A stretch of DNA of 62,834 nt, counting the filler. It is 22 parts of 22 records of this genome, joined end to end, with 100 filler letters (N's around TTAATTAATTAA, not from the genome) between each part and the next. Parts side by side here need not be neighbours in the genome. Positions count along the whole stretch, not along the records: positions 45,480 to 47,554 come from SRR16133337_59435; positions 47,655 to 49,717 come from SRR16133337_59548; positions 49,818 to 52,590 come from SRR16133337_59618; positions 52,691 to 54,959 come from SRR16133337_59701; positions 55,060 to 57,180 come from SRR16133337_59734; positions 57,281 to 59,921 come from SRR16133337_59786; 16 more parts are not named here. One strand, written 5' to 3'. The notes beneath the pieces were generated by a model. The model saw only the letters and a program-made list of their open reading frames with translations. It made no database searches and was not told where the DNA came from. Positions within the stretch are counted from its first letter, which is position 1. Each line of letters opens with the position of its first letter. This document shows positions 46,744 to 59,921 of the stretch, piece after piece. A program made the translations under genes and the position numbers.

Positions 46744-47109
46744 CTAGAACCTCCTTCTTCTGATTCTTCTTTTTGCTTTTTTAATTCTCCTCTTCTCTGC
46801 TCGGATTCTCCTCTTCTCTGCTCGGATTTCCCTTCTTTTTGCTTTCCTGATTCTCCTTTTCTCTGCTCGAATTTTCCTTCTCTCTAAACAAGGTCTTTGT
46901 GAGAAGTATTTTTTAGAGAAATTGTATGCTTTAATACCTTCTTTTTTAGAAATATTTCCAAAGACATAGAGATGTTCAAAAGAATTGTGATCTGTAAAAT
47001 TAAAATTTTCCTCCTGAAAGGGGTTATTACTATTTTCTGTAATCTCTTTTGCCCCTACGACAAGTGTTGTAAGGATCATTCCGATTATAAATAGTATTTT
47101 TTGTTTCAT
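46744..47109 (-). CDS. Hypothetical secreted protein with a tandem RAEKRRI / KAKRR basic C-terminal repeat
   Basis: Signal-peptide-like N-terminus MKQKILFIIGMILTTLVVGA; 21-nt-unit repeats at about 46750-46882. Confidence 0.6.
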   Translation of the reverse strand: MKQKILFIIGMILTTLVVGAKEITENSNNPFQEENFNFTDHNSFEHLYVFGNISKKEGIKAYNFSKKYFSQRPCLERRKIRAEKRRIRKAKRREIRAEKRRIRAEKRRIKKAKRRIRRRRF

Positions 47110-47260
47110 AAATATTTGAATTTAGGCCTTTACTCTGTAAGTTCTTCAGTACCCTCTACTTGATTTTACATTTTACAAAAGTAAACAATAAATCCGAAAA
47201 AATAGATATTCTGCTACCCCCTTAGAAACCCAAAGTGATCCTTAAAAATAAAGCCTTAGC

Positions 47261-47282
47261 CTGCCCTGAGCCTGTTGAAGAG
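47261..47282. repeat. Bacteroidetes REP-like short repeat (CCTGAGCCTGTTGAAG)
   Basis: Resembles the CTGAGC(T/C)TGTCGAAG intergenic repeat common in Bacteroidetes; single copy here. Confidence 0.4.
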
Positions 47283-47370
47283 CTACCCACAAAAATAATT
47301 GGTTAGATTCTCTGAAAACGGAATTGGATTGAGTATATTTACGACAAAGTTTGTTCAAAAGAAAAATTAC

Positions 47371-47554
47371 ATGATACAAGCAATTGTAGACAACCTTACC
47401 CGAGCAATTCATTTATTAAATAACGTTTCAGACGATCAATACAAAGACATTTCAGTAGCCCCTTATTATTCAAGTATTGGTGGACATATACGCCACATTA
47501 TGGATGTATATGATTGTTTTTTTGAAGGACTTACAAGTGGAAATATTGATTTAA
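47371..47554 (+). CDS. DinB-family protein, 5' part (truncated)
   Basis: MIQAIVDNL...SDDQY...SSIGGHIRHIMD with the conserved His of DinB/YfiT. Confidence 0.75.
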
Positions 47555-50195
47555 NNNNNNNNNNNNNNNNNNNNNNNNNNNNNNNNNNNNNNNNNNNNTT
47601 AATTAATTAANNNNNNNNNNNNNNNNNNNNNNNNNNNNNNNNNNNNNNNNNNNNTCCTGCAAATTTGTCTTTTCGGGAAATGGAAACGGACCTCCCATAA
47701 ACGCTGTCCCGATAAGTTTAAGGAAATAGAAGAATTCTTGAAGTACTGTAACCACCCCTCCACACACACACACCTCTTGAAAATTTATACACTTGAACAA
47801 TTGTGAGTAGGTGGGTGTGTTTGTGTGGGTGGGTGTGTTTGTGTGTGGTGGGGGTGGGGGTGACCCTATAAAACTTTTAAACTTTCACTACTTATGCATC
47901 AACTTATGTGCTGACACACATTTTGACAGGAATTAAAAAATAAAAATGCTACTTGACATCGCATTATCCTAACAATTGTATTGTACAACTTGTATTGCTA
48001 GAACAATTTTTCACAAACACACCGAAATGTGAAACTTCGTCACCATCAACATCATACGGAAACATGACGCGTAAATTCACGAAAAGTCCCAGTGCTGTTT
48101 ATCAATTAGATATTTTAATCGTATGTAGATAGGGTGATTATTTTCTTTTTAATGTAGCTTGGGGGCACTATTCGTTTTTGAAAAGACGCTTCTTTTCAAC
48201 CCACAATTTTCAAAATGGCAAAAAAATAGTACACTTTGACATGCGAAATTTAGGAAGTGTAAGCGAAAAATATGGTTGTTAAAATGAAAACACAATATTC
48301 AAAATATAAGTTTTAAAAGAAAACCAAAGAATCTATTTTTTTTATGTGACACATATGAAAAAAAGGCGTAAATATTTAAGTTTTAAGAGTTTTGAAAAGT
48401 ACTAGTTAAATAATTTAACTTATATAAAAAAAATCCAAAAACAGTGTATTGTTCACTTTAACTTGAATTTCACAAATATTTTGAGCTAAATGCATTTCAA
48501 AATATTTTGGCGAAAAAGAACTCTGATATTTACTCAAAAATATAAAATTTCAGGATATGTTCGACTGATTTTGAGTTCAAAATCCTTAATTTATATATTT
48601 ATTTGCATGCGAAATATTCTGCTTGCGTATTTATAATTTCACGACCTACAACACAATTTCACATAGAAAATTGAAATTGAGTATAAAAATGCTTCAAAAA
48701 ATTTCGTGTGAACTAAAATATTCTGTGTCATTTGTTACATATGGGTAACAATTTTTAGCATCTAAAACGTTCTCTACAACTCAGTAAATATTACATACTG
48801 TACATAAACTCCCTTATAATTGTTACATACAAGTCAAAAATTTGTTGAAGATTTTTGTACATAACAAATATTTTTTCAGTAACTCATGATACACATGATA
48901 TGAGATGTGAAAATCGAAAATCAAGAAATTGAACACATTCGTTGACATGACATTGTGTGTGGGTGTGTGTTTGCATGTAAATAGGAATATTACAACAAGA
49001 ACAACGCAAAATTTCGAGAGTCCAAGGAAGCAGCGGATCAAGCTAAAGCATTTAAGAGAATGATCGCCCAATACAATAAAAAAGAACGCGATAAACTTGC
49101 AAAAAAGAATAAAGAAACCCTTTCATATTCTCTTGGTAAATACACTAAAATGAAATGTCTGGAAAGTTTTGAAACTGCATTTCTTTCAGGTCCATTTTTC
49201 CAGAGATGTTTGCTTGTAGTACTCACATATGCATGCTTGAGGAAAATAAATAAAAATTACATTTTCTGGCACTACATATTTTTCAAACATACAAAATCCC
49301 AAACTTCAAAAAATCTTGCAGTTTTGACTTTGAATGAAACTATATTTTTTCATAGTAAAAGAGACAAGCAATATCAGTCATGCACAATAAAAAACTTTTA
49401 CATACTTCATGACATAACTCTCAACCCACCACCAAATTCGCTACATCAAAAATTTGTACCTTAAACAACCCGGGTAAACGTTGCTCCCTTTTTCAGCGCT
49501 TGGAGATAAGTTTTTGTTGGGTTAAAGGATACTAAATATTTAGTTTTTGGGGGCCCTTCACCCAGAATTTCCTTTTCACCAAAGAAAACCCCTAGGTGTA
49601 GCAAAATATTAAATTTTTGGGGTCAAAATGTCAAAATGCGAAACAAAAAATTGACGATATATATATTTTATATATTTAATATATCTCACGTGTAGTGCCA
49701 AAAATGCATTCGTGACCNNNNNNNNNNNNNNNNNNNNNNNNNNNNNNNNNNNNNNNNNNNNTTAATTAATTAANNNNNNNNNNNNNNNNNNNNNNNNNNN
49801 NNNNNNNNNNNNNNNNNGTATTGCAGGGAGTGAAGTGAGTAAGTGTTGTATGTTTGTTCAACAAATGAAATATCGAAAATTGTACATTTACAAAACAAGT
49901 ATCGAAAATCGTGTGTCATTTTCGATTTCTAGGCCAGGAAACGCTGTACTTTAAAAAAAAACTAAAACACAAAGGATTTACGAACGAAAAAAAATAAAAT
50001 ATGTATAGGTAAGATAAAATTTTTACATCAGCAAATTGATTCAAATTCGTTGGTAGACAGGTAAAGATGTGTAAATATACATGCACAAATTGAGTACAAT
50101 GATCATGAACATTTCCTCATGGCGAAGAAAAATTCTTCACAAATCCGTAATTATATGTTTCCAATTAATATTCTTGGAAGTGTTATATTTGATAG

Positions 50196-51214
50196 ACATT
50201 CGATCCTTTGGATGGTATTACTACATGGTGTATTCCTGTGACACAAACAATACAGTCCACAAGTACAAATGCTGCTGTTCATGTTGAATTTTGCGATGGA
50301 ACAGACGGATGGGCGAGTGGAATGAGATTTGATTTAACATTACCACCAACATTTTTTCCAATTTATGAATGTAGCGCAGCACAACTAGGTAAGTTGTACA
50401 ATAATGCGTTTCCTGGACAATAATATACATCATTTCTCTAAATTGTTTTATTGCTTAATAATTTTAACAGGTATTTTGTTTTAAAATGCTTTATAGAGAA
50501 TTTACTATTTGCCTTGAGGAATGCAAACGTGTTTTCGTTACACAAAATTAAGTGCATACTATCACAAACTACGTACCTGCTGTTAATATGGAAAACCTAA
50601 ATGCAAACAAATGAATGAAAAGTTAAAATATATCAAACTGAAAATTACAGAAGGGGTTTGAGCAACACTTTTTGTTTCATATAAAATATATAAAATAATA
50701 TTCCTAGAATGCGGGGAGGTCAAAAGCAGTTTCTGCGAAGACACAAAACTAAGAGTATTTTTATTTTAACTCTTTACTTTGACATTATGTGACAATTTGT
50801 ATTATTTTTACAAAAAGAACTTCATCAAAACTCGTGGTTGTTTAATTTGAATTAATTCAATAAATACATAACACATTGTTCTTCTGAAAAGTCATTTCCA
50901 ACGAACAGTCGAATCTCATCTACAAACACATTTTAACGATCTAGTACCACAGATCTAGAATCTAGGAAAAATTAAAGTCACACACACAATGACTAGCTCC
51001 ATTGGCATGACAGCGATTTGTAGTGTGCAGTCAAGGACATACTGTAATTTGTAAGTTTTGTTATTACAACATTTTATATTTGTTTGTTTAGATTGTGGAG
51101 ATGGCGCACAGTGCACGTGTACAGACAGTGTTTGCAAGTGCTCAGTCTCGGGAGACTGTATTTGCACTAAGACGGGTAAACAATGTACTGGAGCTCAATG
51201 CTCGGAATGCGCAG
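50196..51214 (+). CDS. Partial spliced extracellular Cys-rich protein; exons 50196-50388 and 51092-51214
   Basis: AG/GT exons, phase-1 compatible. The second encodes DCGDGAQCTCTDSVCKCSVSGDCICTKTGKQCTGAQCSECA. Confidence 0.55.
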
Positions 51215-52732
51215 GTATATGATCCTATTAAAGCACTCCTCGAATCACTGAAAAAAACAATAATTGACACATTGCGTTTACAACCATGTTTTGTAAAAGA
51301 TAGCTACATTTTTCAGCATGCTACGTTTAAAATTGGGAGATTCTTTTTTCCATGGAGCTGCAGTTTTATGACTACTTAATCTGTTTCCAAAATTGTTTTT
51401 TCATTGAAAGGTATGGTCGTAAAGAAATTACTTTGACAAATGCAAAAATCTAAAAAAATAGCGAGAATCATAATCGTCAATGGTATTGCAGGCGTAGTGA
51501 TATCTCAGGAACTAAAAACATCTGAAACACTCAAATTACCACTGCAAAGCTTGATTAAAATCAGGAAAAATGTTTTCTTTTCTAAATTTTGGATGGTTGT
51601 AAATTTGAAATGCGAACAAATTGAGATTTTTGACAAAAAATTAGAACACAAGAAGAGGAAGTTTACAAGACTTAGTGTCAACAACATTTCTGAAGGCTAT
51701 AAGTTTTCTTTTCAAGCTTGAAATATTTCGTGCAGGATTTCACTTACACTTTTTCATTCTAGTTTTCTGGAAAAAATCACACCACAAGTGATCGAACTCG
51801 CACCTTTTGCAAACCAAAAAAGCCAGCAATATTCAAGGCAAATGGTCGCTCTTACAAAACACGCAATGACTGTCGTTCAACTCTTTTTAAATGAAAGTTT
51901 TTGTGCGTTAGCATTAAGAAATGTGTTATATTTGTTTTTGAACTCGCTTTTGTTGAGTTTGTTGAAAATTGTCAAAACATTTTTTTCACATTTTTCAATT
52001 TCTATAGCTTCGTGTTTAGATCCTGAGATATCACTCTACACAGCAACGTGATTGATGAGTATGGTCACAAACTGTTCGGGATTTTCACAAACGTGAAAAT
52101 TTTTTCTCCACGACCACGCATTTCAGTAAAAAAGAAATAGGAAAAAGATTGAGTATTCGTCAAGTTACGACGCCTTAAGAAAACATATAATATGCCCTTT
52201 GGAGACACAATGTTGTCGCTAGAAGTGTTGTTTGCCGGACGAGTGTTTTGAAGGAAATACGAGTGGCCATGAATTTTTTACTTATCATTCTTATTACTCT
52301 GTAAGGCTCCAGATATGCTAAGAAAAGGGAGTGTCACTTACAGTATTTATTGTTTTTTATATAAAGCTACTTTCGAGAAAAACTGAATTTTGTTGTTATT
52401 TTCCCTTCAAAAAAGTGTATTATGTTTTTGAAGTGGAAAGACTTGTCCCCGTATTGTACGCAACACTCCGCAATTGCTTTAGACACACGAACAGCGTGAT
52501 CTCTCACATAACACACAACAATTAACTCGGTATGGAGTTTGCAAAGTTCGTTTTCTCAATTTTTATATTAAAACAAAATTGAATATTTCANNNNNNNNNN
52601 NNNNNNNNNNNNNNNNNNNNNNNNNNNNNNNNNNTTAATTAATTAANNNNNNNNNNNNNNNNNNNNNNNNNNNNNNNNNNNNNNNNNNNNTATTTAATTT
52701 GAAGAGTCTCCTGAATTTAATAAAATAAATAG

Positions 52733-53581
52733 ATGAAAAAAGATACTTGGCTTTTAGAAATAAGCCCTAAGACAAAACTCATGGATTTCAACCTAAAAGA
52801 AATCTGGCAGTATCGAGATTTGTTGCTATTATTTGTAAAACGAGATGTCATTACCTTATACAAGCAAACCCTATTAGGACCTCTTTGGTATTTGATTCAA
52901 CCCCTGTTTACTTCTGTGGTTTTTACCTTGGTCTTTAATAAAGTTGCCGGAATACAAACAGGAGCAATGCCTCCATTTCTATTTAATTTAGCAGGAATTA
53001 CGATTTGGAATTATTTTAAAGAATGTTTCATTGCTACTTCAGATACCTTTAAAAAAAACGAGCAAATTTTTGGCAAAGTATATTTTCCAAGAATTATTAT
53101 GCCTTTGTCGATCGTAGTTTCAAACTTGTTAAAATTTGGAATCCAAATGCTTATATTGATCGCTTTTTACATTTATTTTTTAGCCAACGGTTATGATTTG
53201 AAGCTAAGTAAATATAGCTTTCTTTTTCCCGTATTAATTTTATTTATGGGAATGTTAGGTTTAGGATTCGGTATGATAATCTCTTCTATGGTGACCAAAT
53301 ATAGGGATTTGACTTTTTTAGTGAGTTTTGGGATTCAATTATGGATGTATATCTCTTTGGTGGTTTTGCCCTTGTCTTTGTTTCAAGAAAAAGGATTTGA
53401 GTGGGCAGTACAATACAATCCAATGGCCTATTTTATAGAAACAGGTCGTTATATGCTTTTAAATGAAGGCAGTGTATCTCTATTTGGAATCGTTTATACC
53501 GTATTGTTTTCAATAGTTACTTTACTAGTTGGAATGATCATTTTTAATAAAACGGAGAAAAGTTTTATGGATACAATATGA
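52733..53581 (+). CDS. wzm: ABC-2 type polysaccharide/O-antigen export permease
   Basis: EIWQYRDLLLLFVKRD...YKQTLLGPLWYLIQPL, KVYFPR, KYRDL, NPM, FNKTEKSFMDTI; several TM segments. Confidence 0.9.
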   Translation: MKKDTWLLEISPKTKLMDFNLKEIWQYRDLLLLFVKRDVITLYKQTLLGPLWYLIQPLFTSVVFTLVFNKVAGIQTGAMPPFLFNLAGITIWNYFKECFIATSDTFKKNEQIFGKVYFPRIIMPLSIVVSNLLKFGIQMLILIAFYIYFLANGYDLKLSKYSFLFPVLILFMGMLGLGFGMIISSMVTKYRDLTFLVSFGIQLWMYISLVVLPLSLFQEKGFEWAVQYNPMAYFIETGRYMLLNEGSVSLFGIVYTVLFSIVTLLVGMIIFNKTEKSFMDTI

Positions 53582-53605
53582 TGTAAGTGAGAAGTGTAAA
53601 AAGTA

Positions 53606-53637
53606 AAACCTAGTAGGTTTTCTAAACCTACTGGTTT
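53606..53637. repeat. Palindromic REP-like element / bidirectional terminator between convergent wzm and lipA
   Basis: AAACCTAGTAGGTTT-TCT-AAACCTACTGGTTT imperfect inverted repeat. Confidence 0.55.
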
Positions 53638-53655
53638 CTACTGGGCAGAGTATAG

Positions 53656-54525
53656 TTATTCTAAATGTTTTTGTGCTTTATACGACGATCTAACCAATGC
53701 ACCGCTTTCTACATGTTTAAAACCAAGTTCTAAACCTATTTTTCTGTATTTATCGAATTGATTAGGAGTAATGAATTCTTTTACGGGAAGGTGTTTTTTA
53801 CTAGGCTGTAAATATTGTCCAATAGTAACAATGTCTACTTTCATATTTGCCAAATCATGAAGTGTTTGGATGACTTCTTTTTCAGTTTCACCAAGACCTA
53901 GCATGATACCAGATTTTGTTCTAGCTTGCCCCTTGTCCTTAAGGTATTTTAAAACCGCTAGACTACGATCATATTTGGCTTGTATACGCACCTCACGGGT
54001 TAATCTTCTTACGGTTTCTAAATTATGAGAGATTACCTCTGGAGCCACTTTGATAAGTCGATCTATGTTTTTTTCAATTCCCTGAAAATCTGGAATCAAT
54101 GTTTCTAATGTTGTCTCTGGGTTGGCTCTTCTAATGGCTTTGATAGTCTCTACCCAAATGATAGAACCCCCATCTTTTAAATCGTCTCTGTCTACGGAAG
54201 TTATAACGGCATGTTTGATATTCATTAGTTTGATAGACCTAGCTACTTTCTCAGGTTCCTCCCATTCTACCGTTTCTGGTCTGCCTGTTTTTACACCACA
54301 GAAACCACAAGAACGTGTACAAACATTTCCTAAAATCATAAAAGTGGCAGTACCTTCTCCCCAGCATTCCCCCATATTAGGGCAACTTCCACTTACACAG
54401 ATCGTGTTTAGTTTGTATTTGTCTACCAAACCTCTTAATGCGGTATATTTTTTTCCAACAGGTAGTTTTACTCGTAACCACTTTGGTTTTACAACTCGTT
54501 TTTCTGTACTTATTTCTTCAGACAT
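53656..54525 (-). CDS. lipA: Lipoyl synthase
   Basis: KPKWLRV, CVSGSCPNMGECW (CX4CX5C), CTRSCGFC radical-SAM motif, C-terminal VRSSY. Confidence 0.97.
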   Translation of the reverse strand: MSEEISTEKRVVKPKWLRVKLPVGKKYTALRGLVDKYKLNTICVSGSCPNMGECWGEGTATFMILGNVCTRSCGFCGVKTGRPETVEWEEPEKVARSIKLMNIKHAVITSVDRDDLKDGGSIIWVETIKAIRRANPETTLETLIPDFQGIEKNIDRLIKVAPEVISHNLETVRRLTREVRIQAKYDRSLAVLKYLKDKGQARTKSGIMLGLGETEKEVIQTLHDLANMKVDIVTIGQYLQPSKKHLPVKEFITPNQFDKYRKIGLELGFKHVESGALVRSSYKAQKHLE

Positions 54526-54756
54526 AGATCACCACATTTTAAATGGCTTCAAAGTTACAAAGAAAGTCTTTTAAAGGGATTGTTTAAAATGAAAAACCTT
54601 TTTCGGCTCAAAACAGACAACCCAACTGCAAGACAAAAAAATAAGATACTCAATTACCTCATTTGTCAATTAAAAAAGGCAGAGTATATAAGGAGAAGAA
54701 TAAAAAATAAACAGTACTTTTGTCGTAGCTTTGACAATACTTTAAGTTCATTTAAA

Positions 54757-54959
54757 ATGATCAACAGAAGACATATTCGTGTAAAAGTAATGCAATCTGT
54801 ATATGCATTATTAGCATCAAATAGCGATAATCTTGTAAAAGAAGAAAATTTTTTAAAAAATAGCATTGCTAAAATGTATGATTTGTATATTTTAATGTTA
54901 GATATTTTACCCCGTGTAAAGGCTCTTGCTAAAGAAAAAATTAAAATTTCTAAGAAGAA
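54757..54959 (+). CDS. nusB: Transcription antitermination factor NusB (Bacteroidetes type), 5' part
   Basis: MINRRHIRVKVMQSVYA N-terminus; truncated by contig end. Confidence 0.85.
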
Positions 54960-56439
54960 NNNNNNNNNNNNNNNNNNNNNNNNNNNNNNNNNNNNNNNNN
55001 NNNTTAATTAATTAANNNNNNNNNNNNNNNNNNNNNNNNNNNNNNNNNNNNNNNNNNNNTACTTGGTGAAATGTTCAATTTTCGAAGTGAAGTAGGGGTT
55101 ATTGAAGGGTGGGTGGGTAGATTATTCATTGATATAGCCAGTAACCCAATTTTTTCACGAAACTTCACATTTCAGCGAATTTTCACGAAATAGAACTTGA
55201 AAATTCCATAAATGACATAATTCACAGTTTTGGAAAACATGAATATTGGCATGGATTTCATTAAAACCGAAAGACTACTATGAAAAAAACTTTTCAAATT
55301 TCGAAGTGGTGTGCCTTTATTCATTTGTATACCTGACAGTGACCCGTAACGCTAAATTCAGTGTATATATTTCACATTATGTTTGAATAATACACCTTCA
55401 AACAGCACTACAATTCTACGTACAACTTCAATTTTCTTAGCTTTTCTTCACTTCCAACAAAGCGCCGCAACAACAATGCTCGCTCCACATTGCGCGAACG
55501 TTTTTGCTTTGCGCATCTTAAAAAATGACAACCCTTGTCCTATTTTGTATTTTTTGACGTCATAAACATGACAATAGATGTGACATATGTACACAGGGAT
55601 TGTTCTCTTGACGGTGTTTTATGTACATTACTAGTGTAACAACTGTAAAATTGAGGTGGAGGGGAGTGGTTGGAGGGGTTAGATTTGCTCCACATCACAC
55701 ATATGTTGCAACGCCAAATGAAAGCGGGCTTGGAAAAAGTCGATGGAAACGGTTCTTTCTGCGCAGAGTTAGTGGAATCGGATTCGAAGAGTCCATTGCC
55801 ACCAAAAGTTAACAGACGTCTCATTGAATCTGATGCAGTCTGATAATACCCGACCTCACACTCTAAAATTAATAACACAGTGTGTAGTAACATATTCTGT
55901 CCAGTGCGCAGGGTCAAGCACTGTAATTCTCACCGGGCGGTGATTTTTGCCTTGGAAAATTGGTTTTGAAAAACAATCACGAAGACTGGTATAATGCATA
56001 TTTATGCCTTAGATCACTGTATTTGCGAATTGTCACGCATGTATTGTCATTTCTAAAAACTATGGTTTCACATGTACCTGTCTGGTATTGAAACGGTGTT
56101 TCCATAGACTGTTTGTTCACTTTGTTATAAGTATTTATTATTTCATATTTGCTCAAACATTTCGGAAATTGCATTTACCATAATTTTGGAACATGGTACA
56201 AGCCATCAGATTAGTGACACTGAGTAGAGTTTTAAGGAGTTGGGGGTCTTTTGTTAGAAGCAAGAAAGTACATGTGCCGTGGCAGTTAGTTTAAATAAAT
56301 TCTTATTGGCTTTGTAATTTACACTTTTCATCACATATATTTCTAAATCGTGATAATGTGGCTATCTATCGAAATAAAATAACACCTTGAAAGAAAACCA
56401 TCAAACATAAATTTTTCATATTTTCTGTTTTTTTTTCAG

Positions 56440-57180
56440 GAAGCGGTGGACGCACAAGTGATGTTGATAGTGTTTTGGTTGTGCGGTTTAGTCAGACAGA
56501 TCAAAGTGTCGTCTGGTCAAAATTTATTGATCTTGATCCTGAAAATTCAGATTACGGTGCCGCATATGACCTTGCGGAAACAAATGTGGGAATCTTAATC
56601 GTTGGAACGTATGGTATGTTTCTTGAAATGTTAAAGCCGCTACAAAAATGTTTAAATTTTCTTTGTTCATTGGTTTTCCAGCCACACAAAAAATCATTCA
56701 AAACCCGCAATTTTGAATTTTAATAAGTCACCACATTTTTCGCCATTTTTGACTCCGCACAATCGTCACTGATAATAAATACGAAAGTCCAAGTGATATT
56801 TTACCAAAGAAATGGTACTTAAATACAACTAAAACATATTGATTTATTTAACGAAGTGTCGTACTGACAAATTAAACAAAATCACTCACCTTTTACGAGT
56901 CAAATGATGTAAGGAGTTTAGCGATGTCTTTCGGACACAAGATTCCAAACTTCTCACAAATTTAATATCCAGTTTCATAAGAGCTAATGTTTGAAAGTGT
57001 GATTGTTTCTGTGTGTTCAATCGCTGTATTTGTTCGATATTTAGGGATAGATCAAGATCATGTGTTTATGGCGCACATATCATTGAATGGTGTAATTGAT
57101 AATTGGGATTGTGAAGAGATAACTCCAACAGATAATTTTACGCTATCACGTCAAAATATCGTATTTTCTGATTTAAATTG
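56440..57180 (+). CDS. Partial spliced protein with beta-propeller-like repeat; exons 56440-56613 and 57045-57180
   Basis: Phase-1 GT-AG join: SVLVVRFSQTDQSVVWSKFID...YGAAYDLAETNVGILIVGTY|GIDQDHVFMAHISLNG. Confidence 0.5.
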
Positions 57181-57280
57181 NNNNNNNNNNNNNNNNNNNN
57201 NNNNNNNNNNNNNNNNNNNNNNNNTTAATTAATTAANNNNNNNNNNNNNNNNNNNNNNNNNNNNNNNNNNNNNNNNNNNN

Positions 57281-59921
57281 AAGTAATCTCCACCCAAAAA
57301 CAAGTTGTGGTAAGAAGCAAATCGCAACTGAGCGAAAACCAACTGAGCGAAAGACAACTGCGCCAAAAGCAACACGGAAAAAGCAACAGCACAGCACAAC
57401 TGATCAAAAAGCAACATAGCAAATTCCGACATAAACAAAGCACCACCGGAACACAGCAAAAAGCCACAACGCAAAATTGCAACTGTACACAGCAAATGGC
57501 CACACTGTAAATGGCAACATGGCGTAACTCAACTGAGCGAAAAGCAACATAAAAATCAGAACAAATTTCACTACACAGTAATAAAGCAGCACCGCGCGTA
57601 GCAAACAAAACTTGGCAAGAACGACTTAGCACTATAGCAACACATGCAATATCGAGATAGACAAAGCACCACCGCAACACAGCAAATATCAACAAGGCAA
57701 AAGGCGACACCACAAACAACAACTGTGCACATAACAGCTAAGCAAATAGCAAATAGGCAAAAATCAACACAGAAAAGAGCAACAAAGAACATCGAAACTG
57801 CACAAAAAGCGAAACAGCAAACAAAGCAACAAAACAACACTGCACATAGCAACAAACAAAAAACAAAAGAACAACAAAACAAAGTACAAAAAAGGTAAAA
57901 CAGCACCTCAAAAAGCAACTGCATATAACAACACAACAAAAAGCACCGCCACAAAGAGGTAACGAGTACAAAGCAAAAGGTGGATGGCAAATGGCACATA
58001 CTAACTCCGCAAGACATAACGCCTCAAATAATCGCTAAAGAAAGCATTTCAAGAGCAAATATGAAACAATCACCAGGCATACCATTTTCATCTCAAATAT
58101 AGAAAAAAATAAACACACTCCGCTGTAAAACTGGAGTATTTTGCGCTGAACAAAACCAGGGAGCATAGCTAGTCAGCAAGTACGTGAGCAGTGTAGAGAC
58201 ACAAAATTTGTCGCAAAAAGATTTCAAGACTAGAAGCGTGGTGTCCTGAGCAGCGGAGAAGGAAGTACTGAGAAACACTTAGACAAGTCAAACAGCACAC
58301 GACCTACATGGACATAGCCGCGGCCAAAAGCAACACTGCAAAAAAGCAAATGCGCACAACACAACTGAGCAAAAGCAACATGGTAATAGCAACATGGTAA
58401 ATAGCAACAAAGCACATCGCAACTGAGAAAAAAGCAACATTCCCGCACAGCAAGATAATAACACCACAGATAGACAAATTATAGCAACATATCAAATGTC
58501 GATATATACATAGCACCACAACACAACAACATATCAAGAAGCAAATATAAACACCGCCAATAGCAACTGTGCACCGAGCGACTGAGCAAAAATTACATGA
58601 GCAAAAAGCACCTGGGCAAAAAGCCACCGAGCAAATAGCAACACTGAAAATATCAACATAGCACATCGGAACACAGCTACATACCAATGAGCAAAATAAC
58701 AAATGAAATACCAAGAAGATAATGCCGAAACACCACAAAAAGCGACTGTCCATATCAACACAGCAAAAAAGCAACGCCACAAACAGTTAAACAGTACCAA
58801 GCAAAAGTAATAAAGAGCAAGTCGCACACAGAAACTCCAAAAAGAGCAACGCCTCAAATAACAAAAACAGCAACATCAAAACTGCTACGGGGAATAACAA
58901 ACGAAAAAAGCACAACAACGTGCGCAAGCGTCTTACTGTACACAACAGAAATAATTACAGTGAGAAAACTGTAAGACAAAACCAGCAATGCGCTCACTAA
59001 GACACCATGAAAGTAACACAATAACTTACCGGTGTAGATAACCCTGAGCTGAGGACTCCAAAGCAAAAAAACGGTGAATGAAACAAATAAAACAACGAAC
59101 CACGCTACTACAAAACTTATGCAAAACAAACGTCGCAAATAATTATTACAGCAACTAGCAACAAAACAAAGCAAACATAGCGAATAGCAACATGGCGAAC
59201 AGCAACATCGCAAACAACGACGCAACGAGCAACATCACATGTAGCAACACGACAAATTGCAACACAGCAAGGACACTAGCAACATAGCAAAGAGTACAAA
59301 GCAACACCACAACCCCGCAAGTAGCAACTCCTTAAAAACAAAAGCGCAGGAGCAAAAATAAACGCTACTAAAACACTGTAAATGTAAAACACTGGACGCA
59401 AAACCGCACGTAACAACACAGCAAGAGGCAAAACTGTAATAACAAAACCACCACACCAACTCTGCCATAGCATAGTCACAAACGGAACACATTAAAGGCA
59501 AACCGTATTAAACAGCACTACAATGATCCAAACCGCTGCAGCAATCCACAAAGCAAACTGTAAAAGCGCACCGCGAAAAGTCAAACAGCTTTAAAAAAAA
59601 ATCTGTACGATTAAGCCAAAGCCTAAAACGCGAAAAATCAAAAGTCAAAAGACGTAAACAAGAAAACGTCGTACCGCAAAACGAACATCATAAAACTGCC
59701 ATACAACTAGAAACACATCACAATAACACACGGTTGGTCAGCTTCAATGTGAAAACCGCAATGCAATACATCAAAAAAAGGGGGTGTATATAAAAGCAAA
59801 AACGACTGAAGGCGAAAACAAGTGCCAGTGAATAATAAAAACTGAAAAGAGCAAGCTAAAAGTTCAACTGCAAACGGAGCCACCAGAAAATTTCAATTTT
59901 CGAAGGGGGTGGTTTGTTGAA
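57281..59921 (+). repeat. Strand-asymmetric A/C-rich degenerate repeat region
   Basis: Recurrent AACTGAGC(G/A)AA, AGCAACA(T/C) and AAAGCACCACC words throughout; very few T on the + strand. Confidence 0.65.

Noticed and set aside
54580-54756. N-terminal extension of NusB in the ORF track
   Set aside because: NusB similarity begins at ATG 54757; the upstream part is AT-rich divergent promoter region.
57225-59501. Numerous Cys/Val/Phe-rich minus-strand ORFs
   Set aside because: Overlapping in all frames and explained by the scarcity of A on that strand; no coherent domain.
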